A stretch of 22,253 nucleotides of DNA from Candidatus Methylomirabilales bacterium (GTDB taxonomy: Bacteria > Methylomirabilota > Methylomirabilia > Methylomirabilales > CSP1-5), in contig JBHIAH010000040.1 of assembly GCA_046758505.1 (NCBI GenBank), positions 1 through 22,253 of the forward strand, read 5' to 3'. The translations under genes and the position numbers were made by a program. The notes below the pieces were generated by a model. The model saw only the letters and a program-made list of their open reading frames with translations, was not told the DNA's origin and ran no database searches. Shown here piece after piece: positions 19,511-22,253 of this stretch (the first letter of the stretch is position 1; each line of letters begins with the position of its first letter).

Positions 19511-20485
19511 ATGACCAAGCGGATTCTTGTTCCCCTGGACGGGTCGGACATTGCGGAGCAGGTGTTACCCTACGTGCGTATCCTGGGGAAGGGATTGGGG
19601 GTGGGGGTTGACCTGCTTCGGATCTTTGAGCCGGTTGCACTAACCCTGGCGGATCCCGCGCACGGTCTGTTCCTCGACCGGCTCGTCACCAGCGTGCGGA
19701 ATCACGCGGAGGACTATCTCGGGCGCGTGGCAGCATCCCTGGAGAGCGACGGCTTGACGGTATCGTGCACGGCGCGCGAGGGAAGTCCGGCCGCCCAGAT
19801 CATGCGAGAGGCAGAGGCGGTACCGGATACCCTGCTTGCCCTCTGCACGCACGGGCGGTCCGGGATTACCCGTTGGGTCTTAGGGAGCACAACCGAAAAG
19901 GTGCTCCACGGCACCACGCAACCCGTATTCGTGGTCCGGGGTCGGGCGCGGCAGCCCCACGGGGCAAAGATCGAGCCCGACACGCTGGTCGTTCCCCTCG
20001 ATGGCTCGACCCTTGCGGAGCAGGTGCTGGCTTACGGGGGCGCGCTCGCCAAGGCGTTGGAGCTCAAGGTGATCCTGGTCAGGGTTGTCCCGTCTCTGCG
20101 GGATTACGCGCTGCATTTCACTGAATTTGGAAAGTACCCCTTTGCCCAGGTTCAAGACCTGGTGAAAAAGATGAATGCCCAGGCCCGGGAGTATCTTGAC
20201 ATGGTCGGCGATCGGCTCCAGGAGCAGGGGGTCGTCGCGGTGGAACGGCGCGTGCTGCACGGCCACCCCGCAGGCACCATTATTGACATGGCGCAGGAGG
20301 TCGAAAACTGCCTGATCGCCATGACCAGCCATGGGGACTCCGGGATAGACCGCTGGGTGCGGGGCAGTGTCGTCGACCGGGTCATGCGCTATTCCGAAAA
20401 CCCGGTGCTGGTGATTCGAGCGGTGCAAGAGAGTGCCCCGTCTCGCCCCCCGTCCGGTTTTTCTCCGGGACACGCGAGTGCGTGA
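19511..20485 (+). CDS. Universal stress protein with two tandem USP domains
   Basis: ILVPLDGS..THGRSGITRWVLGSTTEKV, then LVVPLDGS..SHGDSGIDRWVRGSVVDRV..PVLVIR. Confidence 0.92.
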   Translation: MTKRILVPLDGSDIAEQVLPYVRILGKGLGVGVDLLRIFEPVALTLADPAHGLFLDRLVTSVRNHAEDYLGRVAASLESDGLTVSCTAREGSPAAQIMREAEAVPDTLLALCTHGRSGITRWVLGSTTEKVLHGTTQPVFVVRGRARQPHGAKIEPDTLVVPLDGSTLAEQVLAYGGALAKALELKVILVRVVPSLRDYALHFTEFGKYPFAQVQDLVKKMNAQAREYLDMVGDRLQEQGVVAVERRVLHGHPAGTIIDMAQEVENCLIAMTSHGDSGIDRWVRGSVVDRVMRYSENPVLVIRAVQESAPSRPPSGFSPGHASA

Positions 20486-20588
20486 CGGGTGACGTCAGCC
20501 TCGGGTATTGCGGGGGCGGGTAGAGACTCTCCCGGGGGCGCGCTGCAGGGTTGAACCCCGTCCAGCCTCGAGGAGGAGAAAAGGGAAG

Positions 20589-21095
20589 ATGGATATCGAG
20601 CGATTCATGACGGCAAATCCCATTACGGTTCGGCCCGACGAGAGCCTTCGCAAGGCCTCCGAGCTGCTCCAGAGCCATCGGATCCGTCACCTCCCGGTCG
20701 TCCAGCGAAAGCGACTCGTCGGAGTGATCAGTGACCGTGATCTGCGGCAGCTGCTCCCCTCGTTCCTCGCCGCGCCCGACGAGGTGGAGCGATTGCGTGC
20801 CCGCGGAGCCCATGTTAAGGTGGGCGAGGTCATGACGCGGCAGGTCCTCGCGGTGACGCCGGAGACCCAGGCCGCCAAGGCGGCGCGGCTCATGGTGGAG
20901 CACCGCATCGGCTGCCTGCCGGTTCTGCGAGGCTCCACCCTGGTCGGGATCGTCACCACCGTCGATCTGCTCCGGGCTATGGCCGGAGAGAATCAAGTGC
21001 CGGTGGCCCGCCCCGAAAAGGCCTCCGCCCAGCGACGGAGACCCCGCGAAGACCGGCGGACTCCCCGAGCCGAATCGGGACCCGGACGCCGCTGA
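20589..21095 (+). CDS. CBS-pair protein (AcuB-like)
   Basis: MTANPITV..IRHLPVV..LVGVISDRDLR and VGEVMT..IGCLPVL..LVGIVTTVDLL; basic, low-complexity tail. Confidence 0.9.
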   Translation: MDIERFMTANPITVRPDESLRKASELLQSHRIRHLPVVQRKRLVGVISDRDLRQLLPSFLAAPDEVERLRARGAHVKVGEVMTRQVLAVTPETQAAKAARLMVEHRIGCLPVLRGSTLVGIVTTVDLLRAMAGENQVPVARPEKASAQRRRPREDRRTPRAESGPGRR

Positions 21096-21110
21096 GAAGG
21101 GAAGGAAGCG

Positions 21111-22226
21111 ATGGCCAGGACGGCAGATGTGATCATCATCGGGGCGGGTGTTGTCGGCTGCTCCGTGGCCTACCACCTCGCCGGAATGGGGGTAAAGGGG
21201 ATTGTCGTCTTGGACAGGGGGCGGGTCGGCGGTGAGGCCTCGGGCGCGGCCGCAGGCATGCTCGCACCGCAGTGCGAGGCGGCGGGACCGGGCCCTTTTC
21301 TCGACTTCTGCCTTGCGGCCCGTCGGTACTACGAACGGTTTGAGCCGGAGTTGAAGGCGTGCACCCAGATCGACATCGAGTATCTCGATTGGGGTATTCT
21401 GTATCTCCTCGACGAGGAGGGAGATGAGGCGGCAGAGGGACGATACCGCTGGCAGACCGAGCTGGGGCTCCAGGTGGAGCGGTTGACGCGGGAAGAGGTC
21501 GGGAAGCTGGAGCCGGGGCTCACCCGGGAGATCGGGGGGGCGCTCTTCTTTCCCGGGGATCACCATGTGAACAACACCGAACTGACCCGCGCCCTGGCGC
21601 AGGCCGCGCGCTCGCGCGGCGTCCGGATCGTGGAGGGCTGCCCCGTCACTGGGTTCCTGTACGAAGGGGATCGGGTCGCCGGCGTCCGTACCCCTCTCGA
21701 CGTGTACACGGCGCCGCACATCATTCTCTGTGCGGGGGCCTGGTCGGGACAGCTCGGGACACTGCTCGGTCGGCGAATGCCTGTGGAGCCCGCCCGAGGA
21801 CAGATCCTCTACGCCGAGCTCCAGGAACCGCCCCTGCGGCATCCGGTGTGGGGGCGCGAGGGCTATCTGGTTCCCCGATTGAACGGCGGCCTGATCGTGG
21901 GAAGCACCGTCGAGTACGTCGGGTTCGAAAAGACCGTCACCCTGGAGGGGATCCGCTCGCTGAGTGCGCTCGCCCTCTCGCTCGTCCCCACGCTTGCCGA
22001 GCAGCCTTTCACCCGGGCCTGGGCCGGGTTTCGGCCCCACGCCAAAGATGGGCTCCCCGTCATCGGTCCCCTGCAGGGCCTGGCCGGGCTCACCGTCGCC
22101 ACCGGTCACTTCCGAAACGGGATTCTGCTCAGCCCCTTCACCGGCCGTCTGGTCGCCGAACTGGTTCTCGGCGAGTCCCCCTCGTTCCCCCTGGATCCCT
22201 TCAGTCCCACACGCTTCGGGCTTTGA
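21111..22226 (+). CDS. thiO: Glycine oxidase ThiO (DAO family FAD oxidase)
   Basis: DVIIIGAGVVG, ASGAAAGML, AGAWS, PARGQ, YLVPR, WAGFRP, GHFRNGILL motifs. Confidence 0.85.
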   Translation: MARTADVIIIGAGVVGCSVAYHLAGMGVKGIVVLDRGRVGGEASGAAAGMLAPQCEAAGPGPFLDFCLAARRYYERFEPELKACTQIDIEYLDWGILYLLDEEGDEAAEGRYRWQTELGLQVERLTREEVGKLEPGLTREIGGALFFPGDHHVNNTELTRALAQAARSRGVRIVEGCPVTGFLYEGDRVAGVRTPLDVYTAPHIILCAGAWSGQLGTLLGRRMPVEPARGQILYAELQEPPLRHPVWGREGYLVPRLNGGLIVGSTVEYVGFEKTVTLEGIRSLSALALSLVPTLAEQPFTRAWAGFRPHAKDGLPVIGPLQGLAGLTVATGHFRNGILLSPFTGRLVAELVLGESPSFPLDPFSPTRFGL

Positions 22227-22253
22227 ATGATCCCTCGGGCGCGGCTATGATAC

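Noticed and set aside
19395..19514. 39-codon ORF between ftsH and usp, ending in an ATGA overlap with usp
   Set aside because: Weak RBS and no recognisable features; cannot be told apart from chance.
21090..21110. GCTGAGA before thiO as part of a TPP riboswitch
   Set aside because: It overlaps the CBS stop codon, the spacer is only 15 nt, and the other aptamer motifs are absent.

Overview
GC-rich bacterial chromosomal window with no rRNA, tRNA, CRISPR array or intact mobile element. Left to right: (1) a TCA block, with the end of a citrate synthase gene, a four-subunit 2-oxoacid:ferredoxin oxidoreductase (korD-A-B-C) and mdh; its spacers are filled with nested, inverted 7-nt-periodic repeat arrays. 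(2) A possible leftward sRNA and a sigma54/IHF-type promoter in front of an unknown small Cys-rich protein. (3) Purine salvage genes hpt and ade, and a stand-alone receiver protein. (4) An 8-nt-periodic inverted array, then a tightly coupled trio of an APH-like phosphotransferase, a divergent APS-kinase-like kinase and an archaeal-type SAM synthetase, followed by a PilZ protein. (5) Two divergent sigma54-type promoters: one faces a single-chain PFOR plus a DHOD-like flavoprotein, the other faces ybaK-ftsH-usp-CBS, followed by thiO. The best candidate for an undescribed system is the phosphotransferase / APS-kinase-like / archaeal-MAT trio, which sits in what looks like a sigma54-controlled low-oxygen or dormancy gene set. 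All calls come from motif recognition by eye; no searches were run.
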